A stretch of 64,000 bases of DNA from Acidiferrobacterales bacterium (GCA_036393295.1 DASWHF010000044.1:5756-69755); one strand, 5' to 3'; shown: positions 1-10,610, counted from the first letter of the stretch. Made by a program: numbers and translations. Notes: generated from the sequence alone by a model not told the origin.

Positions 1-371
1 CGCTCAACGACTACGAGGCCAAGCTGTTTCAGGAGAAGAGCGGCCGCTCATTGAAGGAGATGACGGCGCGCGTCAAGGCGCTGATTGTGACGAAAGGGGG
101 ATCCGGCTCCGAGATTCACGCCGATGGCAAGGTCCATGTGATCCCCGTCGCCCGCGCTATGCGCGTCGCCGATCCCACCGGCTGCGGCGACGCCTACCGC
201 GCCGGCCTGCTGTACGGCATCGCGCGCGGCATGGACTGGGACACCATCGGCCGCATCGCCGCGCTCATGGGCGCCATCAAGATCGAGCACCACGGCACCC
301 AGCGCCACGAGTTCACCCACGACGAGTTCGTCGAGCGCTTTCACGACAACTTCGGTTACCGCTTCGTCTGA
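1..371 (+). CDS. PfkB-family carbohydrate/nucleoside kinase, C-terminal part (5' end outside window)
   Basis: Frame of ORF 51..371 is open to the window edge. PfkB signature-2-like motif DPTGCGDAYRAG. Stop TGA 369-371. Confidence 0.75.
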   Translation, partial: LNDYEAKLFQEKSGRSLKEMTARVKALIVTKGGSGSEIHADGKVHVIPVARAMRVADPTGCGDAYRAGLLYGIARGMDWDTIGRIAALMGAIKIEHHGTQRHEFTHDEFVERFHDNFGYRFV

Positions 372-388
372 CGGAAAAAGAAAAAATT

Positions 389-460
389 GGCCACGGGGGT
401 CACGGGGAGCACGGGGGAAATCAATTTGTTATTCCCCGTGGCCCCCGTGACCCCCGTGGC
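389..460. repeat. Intergenic palindromic element, family 1 (arms made of tandem 9-mers NNCACGGGG), copy A
   Basis: Left arm GCCACGGGGGTCACGGGGAGCACGGGGG pairs with right arm TCCCCGTGGCCCCCGTGACCCCCGTGGC across a short AT-rich loop. Lies between convergent genes. Related copies at ~19.7, ~26.0 and ~39.2 kb. Confidence 0.85.
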
Positions 461-498
461 TAGTGGTTACTCCGCCGCCCTATCGTACACCGCGAGAG

Positions 499-885
499 TC
501 AGTCGGCGATGACCGGGTAGCCGTCGGCCTGCCACAGCACGATGCCGCCGGCGAGGTTGTAGGCGCGGTAGCCCATCTGGGTGAGCGTGTCGGCGGCGAG
601 CGCGCTGCGCGCGCCGGTTTCGCAATACACCACGACGATCCGGCCGCGCGCCGCGCACAGCGCCTCGACGCGATCCTTGGCGCCGGCGTCGGCGGCGGCC
701 TCCAGGGTGCCGCGCGGCACCAGCAGCGCGCCCGGAATGTGGCCGCGCCGGTACTCGTCGGCCTCGCGCACGTCCAGGATCAGGGGCTCGTCGTGGTTCT
801 CGATCATCGCGTCGAGCTCGTCCGGATGGATCTCCTGAATCCGCGCGCGCGCCTCGACGATGAAATCCGCGAGTGTCTTGGGCAT
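499..885 (-). CDS. Rhodanese-domain sulfurtransferase (128 aa)
   Basis: C-terminal part of ORF 499..1593, starting at MPKTLADF (ATG at 885). Active-site loop CETGARS. The upstream 236 codons are Arg/Ala/Gly-rich and overlap yyaL, so they were rejected. Confidence 0.85.
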   Translation of the reverse strand: MPKTLADFIVEARARIQEIHPDELDAMIENHDEPLILDVREADEYRRGHIPGALLVPRGTLEAAADAGAKDRVEALCAARGRIVVVYCETGARSALAADTLTQMGYRAYNLAGGIVLWQADGYPVIAD

Positions 886-887
886 GG

Positions 888-2987
888 CTAGCGCGCCGGT
901 GGCGCCGCGCCCGCGCCGCGGGCCAGGGCGCGGTCGAAGGCCTCGGGATCGGTGATCGGCGCGTCGCAGGCGTGGCCGCTGCACACATAGGCGGTCACGC
1001 CGCCGCGCGCGGCGCGCTCGGCCAGCACCCCCGGCAGATCGGCGGCCGTCTCCGGGATCGCCAGCACCAGGCGACGCGGCGCGTAATGCCGCGACGCGCG
1101 CGCCGTCCAGGGCGCGACCGCGTCCGGCGCGCCGCGCAGCACGATGGTCTCGGTCGGGTGGAGAAACTCCTCGGCCGCCGCGAGCAGCGAGTTGTGGCCG
1201 GAGGGAAAGCGCTGGATCTCCCGGTACAGCGCCTTGAGCGTCAGCTCGGCGGCATCGAGGTAATGGATCGCGCCGAGCACATGACCGAGCCGCAGCAGCG
1301 CCTGGGCCGCGACGCCGTTGCCCGACGGGATCGCGTCGTCGGCCGCCGGCTTCGGCCGGTGCAGCAGGTGTTCGTGATCGTCGGCGGTGAAGAAGAATCC
1401 GCCGTCGCGCTTGTCCTCGTAGTGATCGAGCAGGGTTTCGGCCAGCTCGGTGGCGAAGTGGAGATCGCCGTCGCGCCAGCGCGCCTGCACGAGCGCCAGC
1501 ACGCCGTCGATCAGGAAGGCGTAGTCGTCGAGGTAGGCGACGAGGTGCGCCTTGCCGTCCTTGCAGGTCGCGAGCAGGCGGTCGTCGACCCACAGCCGCT
1601 CACGCAGAAAATCCACGGCGCGCTCGGCCGAGGCCACGAAGTCCGGCCGCCCGAGCACGCGCCCGGCATGCGCCATGGCCTTGATCATCATGCCGTTCCA
1701 CAAGGTCAGCACCTTCTCGTCGCGCCCCGGGCGCACGCGCGCCGCGCGCGCCGCGAACAGCTTGCGCCGGGCGCCGTCGAGCAATGTCTCGACCTCGCCC
1801 TCGGTCATGCCCTCTTTCAACGCGATGTCCTGGCCCGGCACGAAGACATGCAGATGCCATTCCTTGCCCTCGAAGTTGGGCGCGCGGTCGAGGCCGAAAT
1901 GCGGCGCCAGCACGCGGTATTCGTTTTCGTCCAGCAGCGCCTGCACCGCGTCCGGCGTCCATACGTAGAATTTTCCCTCGTGGCCTTCCGAGTCGGCGTC
2001 GAGGGTGGAGTAGTAACCGCCCTCGGGCGACTGCATCTCGCGCAGCACCCACTCGCCGGTCTCGAGCGCCACGCGCCGGAATGCGACATCGCCGGTGGCC
2101 AGGAAGGCATCGGCGTAGAGCGGCAGCAGCTGGGCGTTGTCGTACAGCATCTTCTCGAAGTGCGGGATCATCCAGCGCTCGTCGACCGAGTAGCGGCAGA
2201 AGCCGCCGCCGAGCTGGTCGTAGAGACCGCCGGCCGCCATGGCGTGCAGGGTGTGGCGCGCCATGGCCAGCGCCTGCTCGTCCGGCCGGCCGTCGAGGCG
2301 GCTTTGCGCCCAGTGTCGCAGGCAGCGCTCGATGCTGGTCGGGTGCGGGAACTTGGGCGCGGCCCCGAAGCCGCCGTGGCGCGGGTCGTACTGCTGCTCG
2401 ATCTCGCGCCGCGCCGCGTCCAGCACGCCGGGCTCGATGATCTGGCCGGGGTCGGGCGGACCCGGGTTGATGCGCTGAAAGGCGGCGCGCACCGAGGCGT
2501 TCTGCTGGTCGATTTCGCCGCGGTGCTCGCGATAGAAGGCCGCGACGCGCTGCAGGATGTCGGTGAAGGCCGGCATCCCATAGCGCGCCTCCTTGGGAAA
2601 ATACGTGCCGCCGAAGAACGGCGTGTGGTCGTCGGGTGTCAGGAACATGTTGAGCGGCCAGCCGCCGGGGCGCTGCGCCAGCATCTGGTGCGCGACCTGG
2701 TAGATCTTGTCGAGGTCGGGACGCTCCTCGCGGTCGACCTTGATGCACACGAACAACTCGTTCATGACGCGCGCGACGTCCTCGTCCTCGAAGGACTCGT
2801 GCTCCATCACGTGGCACCAGTGGCAGGCCGAGTAGCCGATCGACAGCAGGATCGGCTTGTCCTCGGCGCGCGCGCGGGCCAGCGCTTCGGCGTTCCACGG
2901 ATGCCAGTCCACCGGATTGTGCGCATGCTGCAGCAGGTAGGGGCTGGTCTCGTGGACGAGGCGGTTGCTGTGTCGGGCGTCGGTCAT
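888..2987 (-). CDS. Thioredoxin-domain protein, YyaL/DUF255 (SPATA20-like) family
   Basis: 699-aa ORF. N-terminal NPVDWHPW and CHWCHVM thioredoxin-like motif followed by a long alpha-toroid-like region typical of the family. Confidence 0.9.
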   Translation of the reverse strand: MTDARHSNRLVHETSPYLLQHAHNPVDWHPWNAEALARARAEDKPILLSIGYSACHWCHVMEHESFEDEDVARVMNELFVCIKVDREERPDLDKIYQVAHQMLAQRPGGWPLNMFLTPDDHTPFFGGTYFPKEARYGMPAFTDILQRVAAFYREHRGEIDQQNASVRAAFQRINPGPPDPGQIIEPGVLDAARREIEQQYDPRHGGFGAAPKFPHPTSIERCLRHWAQSRLDGRPDEQALAMARHTLHAMAAGGLYDQLGGGFCRYSVDERWMIPHFEKMLYDNAQLLPLYADAFLATGDVAFRRVALETGEWVLREMQSPEGGYYSTLDADSEGHEGKFYVWTPDAVQALLDENEYRVLAPHFGLDRAPNFEGKEWHLHVFVPGQDIALKEGMTEGEVETLLDGARRKLFAARAARVRPGRDEKVLTLWNGMMIKAMAHAGRVLGRPDFVASAERAVDFLRERLWVDDRLLATCKDGKAHLVAYLDDYAFLIDGVLALVQARWRDGDLHFATELAETLLDHYEDKRDGGFFFTADDHEHLLHRPKPAADDAIPSGNGVAAQALLRLGHVLGAIHYLDAAELTLKALYREIQRFPSGHNSLLAAAEEFLHPTETIVLRGAPDAVAPWTARASRHYAPRRLVLAIPETAADLPGVLAERAARGGVTAYVCSGHACDAPITDPEAFDRALARGAGAAPPAR

Positions 2988-3084
2988 GGTTGGATTTCGC
3001 AGAAACTGTCACTATACTGAGCCGCGCGCGCGATGTCTCGCGCCCCTGCCGCCGGGTCCGGCGGTTTTCGACGGCGCAACACCC

Positions 3085-3396
3085 ATGAATACTGGGGAAA
3101 AGAACCAGACGCGTAACAAGGCATCCGGCATCGCCTGGCTGCTCGCCGCGCTGCTGGTGCTCGGCCAGTGGGCGGCGCTCGCCCACAAGCTCGATCTCGC
3201 CAGCCACGAGTCCGGGCATGTCTGCGAATGGTGCGTCGCCCATGCCGGCCTGGATCACCTGATCGCCGGCGCCGCCGCGGCGATACCGACGCTCGCCACC
3301 ACCGATTTGTCGCCGGTCGGCGACGCGTCGGGCATTCCTGCCTCCTTCGTCGCGCATTACCCGGCGCGCGCGCCGCCGGCTCCACGCTCCATTTAG
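3085..3396 (+). CDS. Small exported Cys/His protein, DUF2946-like
   Basis: Start trimmed to MNTGEKNQ (ATG 3085). One hydrophobic segment, then HESGHVCEWCVAH. Heads a metal-uptake-like cluster. Confidence 0.5.
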   Translation: MNTGEKNQTRNKASGIAWLLAALLVLGQWAALAHKLDLASHESGHVCEWCVAHAGLDHLIAGAAAAIPTLATTDLSPVGDASGIPASFVAHYPARAPPAPRSI

Positions 3397-3488
3397 ATTC
3401 CTGAAAAGCCGAGTCCGGGCCGTAGCGGCCCGGAGTGTCTGCGGCGCCGTCTGGGGCGGTGTCGCGTACTGCGTTGGAGCTTGAACCC

Positions 3489-4673
3489 ATGATTACACGT
3501 TCTCCGCGTCAGACCCTGGCCCTGACCCTTGCCGCCGGCCTGGCGGCACCCGCCGCGTCGGCCACCGCCCCGTCGTTCAATCCCGATGTCTCCTTGATCC
3601 TGTCCGGCAGCTTCAGCCGTTTCAGCCGCGATCCCGACAGCTACGCGCTGCCCGGTTTTCCGCTGGCGGCCGAGACCGGTCCGGGTGAGCAGGGCCTTTC
3701 CCTGGCCGAGTCGGAGCTGGTGTTGAGCGCCAACATCGATCCGTGGTTCTTCGGCTATTTCACCGGCGCGGTCACGCCGGAGAACGAGTTCGAGGTCGAG
3801 GAGGCCTATATCCAGACGCTGGCGCTGCCGGCCGGCGTGCGCGTCAAGGCCGGGCGCTTCCTGTCCGGGATCGGTTATCTCAACGAGCTGCATCCGCACG
3901 CCTGGGATTTCGTCGATGCGCCGCTCGCCTATCGCGCCTTCCTCGGCGGCCAGCTCGGCGACGACGGCGTGCAAATTACCTGGCTCGCACCGGGCGCGGG
4001 GTACGTCCAGCTCGGCGGCGAGTGGCTGCGCGGCGAAAGCTATCCGGCCGGCGGCGCGGCGCGTGACGGGCGCGGTACGGCCACCGCCTTCGCCCGGGTC
4101 GGCGGCGATGCCGGTGCGAGTCACAGTTATCGCTTCGGGCTGTCGCACATCCGGGCGCGTGCCGACCAACGCCTGTCCGGCGATATCGAGGACGCGCCCG
4201 ACGCCTTCGACGGCAAGGCGCGCGTCACAGTCGCCGACTTCGTGTGGAAGTGGGCGCCCGGCGGCAATCCGGTCCAGACGAACTTCAAACTCCAGGGCGA
4301 GTACCTGTGGCGCCGCGAGGACGGCGAGTTCACCGTCGACGTGAACGGTGTCGCGCCCGGCATGGACGACTATCGCAGCAATCAGACCGGCTGGTACCTG
4401 CAGACGGTCTATCAGTTCATGCCGCGCTGGCGCGCCGGCCTGCGCCACGACCGGCTGCGCACCCGCGACCTCGACGCCGGCGCCAACGCCGCGGCGCTCG
4501 ATACCGGGGGCCATGCACCGCGCCGTTCGGCGGCGATGCTCGATTTTTCGCCGAGCGAGTTCAGCCGCGTGCGGCTGCAGTTCAATCGCGACACTTCGCA
4601 GCCCGAGGCCGACAATCAGCTGATGCTGCAATATCTCACGAGCCTCGGCGCGCACGGCGCACACCGGTTCTGA
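3489..4673 (+). CDS. Outer-membrane beta-barrel protein (uncharacterised, metal-uptake-cluster associated)
   Basis: Start trimmed to MITRSPRQ. Signal-peptide-like N-terminus with AASA cleavage-like site. Alternating beta-strand pattern. C-terminal ...GAHGAHRF ends in Phe. Confidence 0.6.
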   Translation: MITRSPRQTLALTLAAGLAAPAASATAPSFNPDVSLILSGSFSRFSRDPDSYALPGFPLAAETGPGEQGLSLAESELVLSANIDPWFFGYFTGAVTPENEFEVEEAYIQTLALPAGVRVKAGRFLSGIGYLNELHPHAWDFVDAPLAYRAFLGGQLGDDGVQITWLAPGAGYVQLGGEWLRGESYPAGGAARDGRGTATAFARVGGDAGASHSYRFGLSHIRARADQRLSGDIEDAPDAFDGKARVTVADFVWKWAPGGNPVQTNFKLQGEYLWRREDGEFTVDVNGVAPGMDDYRSNQTGWYLQTVYQFMPRWRAGLRHDRLRTRDLDAGANAAALDTGGHAPRRSAAMLDFSPSEFSRVRLQFNRDTSQPEADNQLMLQYLTSLGAHGAHRF

Positions 4674-4683
4674 GGGCCACGAC

Positions 4684-5589
4684 ATGAAACCGATTATTCG
4701 TCTGTTGTGCGCCGCCCTGCTGTGCGCGCCGGCGCTCGCGCAAGCGCGGCTCGACGTATTCGCCTGCGAGCCGGAATGGCAGGCGCTGGTGCAGGAGCTC
4801 GCCGGCGCGCGCGCGCGGGTCGTGAGCGCCACCACCGCGCTGCAGGACCCGCATCGCATCGAGGCGCGTCCGAGCCTGATCGCGCAGTTGCGCCGCGCCG
4901 ATCTCCTGGTCTGCACCGGCGCCGGGCTCGAGGCCGGCTGGCTGCCGCTGCTGCTGCGCGAGTCCGCCAACCCGGCGGTGCAGCCCGGCCGGCCCGGTTA
5001 TGTCGAGGCCGCCGGCTTCGTGACGCTGCGGGACGTGCCGGAGCGTGTCGACCGCGCCCACGGCGACGTGCACGCCGAGGGCAATCCGCACCTGCACACC
5101 GATCCGCGCAACATCGCGCGCGTCGCCGCCGGCCTCGCCGAGCGCCTGGCGGCGGTCGATCCGGCGAACGCTGCCGACTACGGCGCGCGCCACGCCGATT
5201 TCGCGCGCCGCTGGCAGGCGGCGATCGCGCGCTGGGAGCGCGAGGCCGCGGTGCTGCGCGACCAGCCGGTGGTGTTCCAGCACAAGAGCTGGATCTATCT
5301 CGCCGAGTGGCTGGTGCTGCGCGAGGCGGCGGTGCTCGAGCCGCTGCCCGGCGTGCCGCCGTCGGTGACGCATCTGGCGGCGGTGCTGGACGGGCTGCGC
5401 GCCGCGCCGGCGCGGATGATCGTGCGCGCCGCCTACGAGCACCCGCGGCCGGCCGCGTGGCTGGCGCAGCGCGCGCAGCTGCCGGTGGTGGTGCTGCCCT
5501 ATACCGTGGGCGGCGATCCGGCGGCCGGTGACCTGTTCGCGCTGTTCGATCTCACGATCGCGCGTCTGCGCGCGGCACTGCCCCAATGA
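4684..5589 (+). CDS. Metal (Zn/Mn-type) ABC transporter substrate-binding protein, ZnuA/TroA-like
   Basis: Signal peptide, then family-typical ...DPHRIEARPS... and ...HAEGNPHLHTDP... His-rich metal-site motifs. Stop overlaps the next start (ATGA). Confidence 0.75.
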   Translation: MKPIIRLLCAALLCAPALAQARLDVFACEPEWQALVQELAGARARVVSATTALQDPHRIEARPSLIAQLRRADLLVCTGAGLEAGWLPLLLRESANPAVQPGRPGYVEAAGFVTLRDVPERVDRAHGDVHAEGNPHLHTDPRNIARVAAGLAERLAAVDPANAADYGARHADFARRWQAAIARWEREAAVLRDQPVVFQHKSWIYLAEWLVLREAAVLEPLPGVPPSVTHLAAVLDGLRAAPARMIVRAAYEHPRPAAWLAQRAQLPVVVLPYTVGGDPAAGDLFALFDLTIARLRAALPQ

Positions 5590-6347
5590 GCGCCGGCGTC
5601 GAATGGAGCATCCTGCTGCCGGCCTTCCTCGCCGGACTGCTGGTGCTGAGCACCCATGTGCCGTTCGGCGAGCAGGTGCTGGCGCGCGGCATCGTGTTCA
5701 TCGATCTGGCGGTCGCCCAGGTGGCGGCGCTCGGTGTGGTGGCCGCGAGCCTCGCCGGCATGGCGCCGCACGGCCTGCCGATGCAGGCCACCGCGGTCGG
5801 CGCGGCGCTGGCGGCGGCGCTGCTGCTGGCCTGGACCGAGCGGCGCTGGCCGGCAGTGCAGGAGGCGATCATCGGCGTGCTGTTCGTGCTGGCGGCGAGC
5901 GCGGCCTTGCTGGTATTGAGTCATAACCCGCACGGCGGCGAATACCTGAAGGAGCTGCTCGAGGGGCAGATCCTCTGGGTCGGTGTCGCCGAGCTCGGCG
6001 CGGTGCTGGCGATCAGCGTGCCGGTGCTGGCGGTCTGGTGGCGCTGGCGCGGGCGCTTGCCGCGCCTCGGTTTCTACGTCCTGTTCGCGCTGGCCGTGAC
6101 GGCCTCGGTGCAGCTGGTCGGCATCTATCTGGTGTTCGCCAGCCTGATCGTGCCGCCGCTGGCGGCGCGCGCCTGGCCGCCGCGGCGGCGGCTGGCCATG
6201 GCCTATCTGCTGGGCGCGCTCGGCTATGCCGCGGGCCTGACGCTGTCCGCGCTCGCGGATCTGCCGGCCGGCGCGGTCATCGTGGTCTGTCTGGTCGCAG
6301 TCGGTTTGATCCTGGCCGGCGCGCGCCGCGCGCTGTCCGCCGGTTAG
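5586..6347 (+). CDS. Metal ABC transporter permease (ABC-3/ZnuB-like)
   Basis: 253 aa and polytopic, with layout resembling ZnuB. Translationally coupled to the binding-protein gene. Confidence 0.75.
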   Translation: MSAGVEWSILLPAFLAGLLVLSTHVPFGEQVLARGIVFIDLAVAQVAALGVVAASLAGMAPHGLPMQATAVGAALAAALLLAWTERRWPAVQEAIIGVLFVLAASAALLVLSHNPHGGEYLKELLEGQILWVGVAELGAVLAISVPVLAVWWRWRGRLPRLGFYVLFALAVTASVQLVGIYLVFASLIVPPLAARAWPPRRRLAMAYLLGALGYAAGLTLSALADLPAGAVIVVCLVAVGLILAGARRALSAG

Positions 6348-6494
6348 CCGCTACCGGCGATCGGTAACAAGTGGCAGGCCGATCAAACGCTTAGTACCTT
6401 GTCTGTGAGGTTTCACCCCCGGCACCCGGGCATTGGCCGTCCATGGGCTAAGCTTGATCAGAGGCGCCACGAACCCCCACCCGAGACAGGAGAG

Positions 6495-8330
6495 ATGTTC
6501 GGCCAGCGCAAGAAACCCCCGACGCGCCGCAGCCAGACCGCACCGCGCCACGACCGCGACGCAGCCGCCCGCCAGGCGCGCAAACTCGAGCAGTTCATCG
6601 TCGAGGAGATCGAGCTGTCGGGCGACGTGCGTCAGGCCACCGGCGGCTATCGCGCCACCGGCGGGCGGGCGCGCAAGCCGCCGCCCGCGTGGCTGCCGGC
6701 CGTGCGACTGATCGCCGGCGTCACCGGGCTGTGGCTGCTGCTGGTACTGGCGTCGTTGTTCTCGCGCGGCTTGTGGCCGAGTGACGAGACGCGCTTCGCC
6801 GGTCTCGCCTGGGAGATGTGGCTGCGCGGCGACTGGCTCGTGCCGACCCTGAACGGCGAGCCGGCCACGCGCCAGGCCCCGCTGGCCCTGTGGGCCGTGG
6901 TCGCCGGCTGGAAGCTCACCGGTGTCAATGACTGGTGGCCGCGCCTGGTGCCGGCCTTGTTCTCCCTGGGCAGCGCGTTTCTCTGCATGGGTGTGGCGCG
7001 CTTCCTGTGGCCCGGTCAGCGCGAGGTCGCGCGCTATGCACCCTTGATCCTGTTCGGCAGTTTCTTCTGGGCGGCCTATACGACCTATGCCGTGGCCGAC
7101 ATGGCGCTGGTGTTCTGCACGCTGCTGTCGGTCTATGCGCTGCTGTGGATGTGGCGCGCACGCGATAACCGCGTGTGGCTGCTGCTCGGTGTGGCGCTCG
7201 GGCTCGGGCTGCTCGCCCAGGGCTGGCGCATACTCCTGTATGTCCTGCCGGTGGCGCTGCTGGCGCCGCTGTGGGCGCGCACCACGCCGCGGCCCCGCTG
7301 GGGCTACTGGTACGCGGATCTCGCCAAGGCCACGGCGCTCGGCCTCGTCGTGTTTTCGGCCTGGGCGGTGCCGGCCGCGATGCGCGCCGGCCTGCCGTAC
7401 GGCCTTGGCGTGCTGACCGCGCCGCTGTCGGCCTCGGTCTACGAATTCATCCCGCCGCAGCAGCCGTGGTGGTGGTACCTGTTCCTGCTGCCGATCGCCG
7501 CCCTGCCGTGGTCGGTGTGGCCGTTCACCTGGATGCGTTTGTGGGACATCCGGCGCCGCGAGCTTCCGCCCGGGATGTTGTTCTGCATGGTGTGGGCGGT
7601 ATCGGTGCTCGCGCTGCTGTCGCTGGCCTCGGTCAAGCAGCCGCATTTCCTGCTGCCGATCGCCGCCGCCTTTGCGCTGCCGGTCGCCTGGCTGCTGTTC
7701 GACGAGTCGATGGAAGACGAGCGCCACGACAGTCCGTTGTCGTCCATGGTGCTGCCGATCATGCTGGTCGGCGGCCTGCTGGCGGTGCTGCCGAAACTGC
7801 CGCGGATCGAGGTGCTGCCGGACTTCCTGTGGGAGCTGTCGCCGCTCGTGGGCGTCGCCGTGCTGCTGGTCGGCATGGCGGTCGGCTGGCTGCCGATCAC
7901 CGAGACGCGCCCGCGCGTCGCCAATATCGCCGCCGCCGTGATCACGCTCAGCACCCTGGCGCTGCTGGCGCTGGGCTGGCAGTTCAACGGCATCTATACG
8001 GTCGCCGAACCGGCCGCCGCGCTGGCGCGCGCCGAGGCGGAGCGGCGGCCGATCGCGCATGTCGGTCCCTACGACGGCCAATACCAGTTCGCCGGGCGGC
8101 TGACACGGCCGATCGCCGTGATCGACGCGGCGCAGATCGAGCTGTGGATGGCCGAGCACCCGCAAGGTCTGGTCGTCACCTACACCCGCGCCTGGCAGCC
8201 CGCGGTGGGTGCGGGCGTGGTCCCCGCGGCCGAGTATGTCTATGGCGACGGCGGCGTGCGCCTGTGGGACGCGCGCGCGGTGGCGGCCGCGCCGGCCTCG
8301 CTGTCGACCTGGCGCGGCCCGGCGGAATAG
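6495..8330 (+). CDS. ArnT/PMT-like (GT39-type) membrane glycosyltransferase
   Basis: Start trimmed to MFGQRKK (GGAGAG Shine-Dalgarno upstream). More than 10 hydrophobic segments. N-terminal ...DETRFAGLAWEMW... loop typical of the 4-amino-4-deoxy-L-arabinose/mannosyl transferase fold. Confidence 0.7.
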   Translation: MFGQRKKPPTRRSQTAPRHDRDAAARQARKLEQFIVEEIELSGDVRQATGGYRATGGRARKPPPAWLPAVRLIAGVTGLWLLLVLASLFSRGLWPSDETRFAGLAWEMWLRGDWLVPTLNGEPATRQAPLALWAVVAGWKLTGVNDWWPRLVPALFSLGSAFLCMGVARFLWPGQREVARYAPLILFGSFFWAAYTTYAVADMALVFCTLLSVYALLWMWRARDNRVWLLLGVALGLGLLAQGWRILLYVLPVALLAPLWARTTPRPRWGYWYADLAKATALGLVVFSAWAVPAAMRAGLPYGLGVLTAPLSASVYEFIPPQQPWWWYLFLLPIAALPWSVWPFTWMRLWDIRRRELPPGMLFCMVWAVSVLALLSLASVKQPHFLLPIAAAFALPVAWLLFDESMEDERHDSPLSSMVLPIMLVGGLLAVLPKLPRIEVLPDFLWELSPLVGVAVLLVGMAVGWLPITETRPRVANIAAAVITLSTLALLALGWQFNGIYTVAEPAAALARAEAERRPIAHVGPYDGQYQFAGRLTRPIAVIDAAQIELWMAEHPQGLVVTYTRAWQPAVGAGVVPAAEYVYGDGGVRLWDARAVAAAPASLSTWRGPAE

Positions 8331-8435
8331 CCGCGCGGACACCCGGCGGAGGTCGCGTCAAACCCGGCGCACCGCGGTTTCCCATTTGTCCGCCTTTGCC
8401 GTAAGCTGTCGCCGCACGTTCAGTCAGATCGCCCC

Positions 8436-9626
8436 ATGCTCGCCCCGCTCCGCCTCAAAAAGAACGAAGACCGCCGGTTGCGCGCCGGCCACGTCTGGAT
8501 CTACAGCAACGAGGTCGACAACGCCGCGACGCCGCTGACCGGCTTCGAGCCGGGCCAGCCGGTGCTGATCGAGGACGCCGCCGGCAAGCCGCTCGGCACC
8601 GGCTACGTCAATCCGCATACGCTGATCTGCGCGCGCCTGGCGAGCCGCGACCCGAAGCTCGCGCTCGATCAATCGCTGATCACCCATCGCCTCAATATTG
8701 CGCTCGGCCTGCGCGAGCGTTTGTTCGCCGCGCCCTATTACCGCCTGGCGTTCGGCGACAGCGACGGCCTGCCGGGCCTGGTCGTGGACCGCTACGGCGA
8801 CGTGCTGGTGGCGCAGTTCGCCACCGCCGGCATCGAGCGCCTCAAGACCGAGGTGATCGCCGCGCTCGAGAAAGTCGTCAAGCCGCGCGCGATCCTGCTG
8901 CGCAACGACGGCGCGGCGCGCGAACCGGAAGGCCTGGAATCCTATGTCGAGCCGGTGCTCGGTTCGGTGCCCGAGCAGGTCGGCCTGGTCGAAGAGGACC
9001 TGCGCTTCCAGGTGCCGGTGCGCGAGGGCCAGAAGACCGGCTGGTTCTACGATCAGCGCATGAACCGCGCGCGCCTGCGCCAGTACGTCGCCGGCAAGCG
9101 CGTGCTCGACGTGTTCAGCTATCTCGGCGCCTGGGGCCTGCACGCGGCCGCCGCCGGCGCCGCGGACGTGCTGTGCGTCGACAGCTCGGCGCGCGCGGTC
9201 GAGTGGGCGCGCGACAACGCGCGCGACAACGATCTCGGCGCGCGCGTCGCCTTCGAGACCGGCGACGCCTTCGAGGTATTGAAACGGCTGCGCGCCGAGC
9301 GCGAGCACTTCGACGTGGTGGTGCTCGACCCGCCGGCCTTCATCAAGCGCAAGAAGGATTTCCGCGAGGGCAGCCAGGCCTACCGGCGCCTCAACCAGAT
9401 GGCCATGCAGGTGCTGGCCAAGGACGGCCTGCTGGTGTCGGCGTCCTGCTCCTATCACCTCGGGGCCGACGACCTGCGCGAGATCCTGCTGGCCGGCAGC
9501 CGGCATGTCGACCGCTTCCTTCAAATACTGGAGCAGGGGCACCAGGCCCCCGACCACCCGGTGCACCCGGCGATCGCCGAGACCGCCTATCTCAAGGTGT
9601 TCTTTGCGAGGGTGCTGCCGAACTAG
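8436..9626 (+). CDS. rlmI: 23S rRNA (cytosine1962-C5)-methyltransferase RlmI-like, class I SAM MTase
   Basis: 396 aa. N-terminal [27 protein letters not shown] (PUA-like) followed by a SAM-binding core VLDVFSYLG...DSS. Confidence 0.85.
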   Translation: MLAPLRLKKNEDRRLRAGHVWIYSNEVDNAATPLTGFEPGQPVLIEDAAGKPLGTGYVNPHTLICARLASRDPKLALDQSLITHRLNIALGLRERLFAAPYYRLAFGDSDGLPGLVVDRYGDVLVAQFATAGIERLKTEVIAALEKVVKPRAILLRNDGAAREPEGLESYVEPVLGSVPEQVGLVEEDLRFQVPVREGQKTGWFYDQRMNRARLRQYVAGKRVLDVFSYLGAWGLHAAAAGAADVLCVDSSARAVEWARDNARDNDLGARVAFETGDAFEVLKRLRAEREHFDVVVLDPPAFIKRKKDFREGSQAYRRLNQMAMQVLAKDGLLVSASCSYHLGADDLREILLAGSRHVDRFLQILEQGHQAPDHPVHPAIAETAYLKVFFARVLPN

Positions 9627-9760
9627 CGAACGCCCGACGCCAGGACGCGAACAGATCGACGGTGGAGTGTTGCCGCTTGAGGATCCATAATCCTTGGCAC
9701 CCGACGCCGGGCTTTCCGGACGATACGAGTTTTCTTTCGAGCCGAACAGGTATCTCGACA

Positions 9761-10564
9761 ATGATGGCCCCCAATATCGATCCAGTCGCCATTGACTTCC
9801 CCGCATTCGAAATATTCGGGCGTATCGTCCATGTCCAAATACATTGGTACGGACTGATGTACGTCATCGGCTTCGTGGCCTTGTGGTGGTTCGCCGGCCG
9901 CCGCGCGCGCCGACCCGGGTCCGGCTGGACCACCGAGCAGGTGGCGGACGCCGTGTTCTACGGCGCGCTCGGCGTGATCCTGGGCGGGCGTCTCGGTTAC
10001 ATCTTGTTCTACAAGCTCGATCACTACCTCGCGCATCCGCTCGACGTCCTGAAGATCTGGGAGGGCGGCATGTCCTTCCACGGCGGGCTGCTCGGCGTGC
10101 TGGTCGCGCTGTGGCTGTTCGGCCGGCGTCACGACAAGTCGTTCCTGCAGGTGACGGATTTCATTGCGCCGTGGGTGCCGATCGGCCTCGGCGTCGGGCG
10201 CATCGGCAATTTCATCAATCACGAGCTGTGGGGGCGGGTCACGGATCTGCCCTGGGGCATGGTGTTCATCGGCGCCGGCGATCAGCCGCGCCATCCCTCG
10301 CAGCTCTACCAGGCCTTCCTCGAAGGCGCGGTGCTGTTGACGATACTGGTGCTGTATTCGCGCAAGCCGCGGCCGACGGGTGCGGTGTCCGGCCTGTTCC
10401 TGCTGTGCTACGGCCTGTTCCGCTTCCTGGTGGAGTTCGTGCGCGAGCCCGACGCGCATCTCGGCCTGGTTCTGGGGCCGTTCAGCATGGGACAGGCGCT
10501 GAGTGCGCCCATGGTCCTGGCTGGTGTCGTACTGTTGGTTTGGGCCTATCGGCGGCGCGCGTGA
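9761..10564 (+). CDS. lgt: Prolipoprotein diacylglyceryl transferase
   Basis: C-terminal 267 aa of ORF 9173..10564, starting at MMAPNIDP. Conserved [15 protein letters not shown] and [14 protein letters not shown] motifs. Confidence 0.92.
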   Translation: MMAPNIDPVAIDFPAFEIFGRIVHVQIHWYGLMYVIGFVALWWFAGRRARRPGSGWTTEQVADAVFYGALGVILGGRLGYILFYKLDHYLAHPLDVLKIWEGGMSFHGGLLGVLVALWLFGRRHDKSFLQVTDFIAPWVPIGLGVGRIGNFINHELWGRVTDLPWGMVFIGAGDQPRHPSQLYQAFLEGAVLLTILVLYSRKPRPTGAVSGLFLLCYGLFRFLVEFVREPDAHLGLVLGPFSMGQALSAPMVLAGVVLLVWAYRRRA

Positions 10565-10610
10565 CACATGCCGCATGCCCGCCGGGCGAAACTGTGTTGC
10601 GTAAAGGCGA

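Noticed and set aside
389-460. Family 1 arms as G-quadruplex formers
   Set aside because: Each arm carries only two or three G-runs, whereas a canonical intramolecular G4 needs four. The complementary arm favours a hairpin instead.
499-1593. Long N-terminal extensions of several real genes
   Set aside because: Homology and motifs begin only at internal Met codons. The extensions overlap neighbouring genes and are low complexity, so starts were trimmed. Affected ORFs include 499..1593, 9173..10564, 11431..12444, 12252..14006, 12246..15626, 21476..22486, 22501..23469, 23016..24062, 33788..34993, 37011..38540 and 58601..59611.
873-3020. 715-aa plus-strand ORF
   Set aside because: It is antisense to the clearly homologous yyaL/DUF255 gene. 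Its composition is Arg/Ala/Gly/Val-rich low complexity, typical of spurious frames in high-GC DNA.
6351-8342. 663-aa minus-strand ORF
   Set aside because: It is antisense to the ArnT-like glycosyltransferase, is extremely Arg/Gln/Pro/Gly-rich and has no motif.
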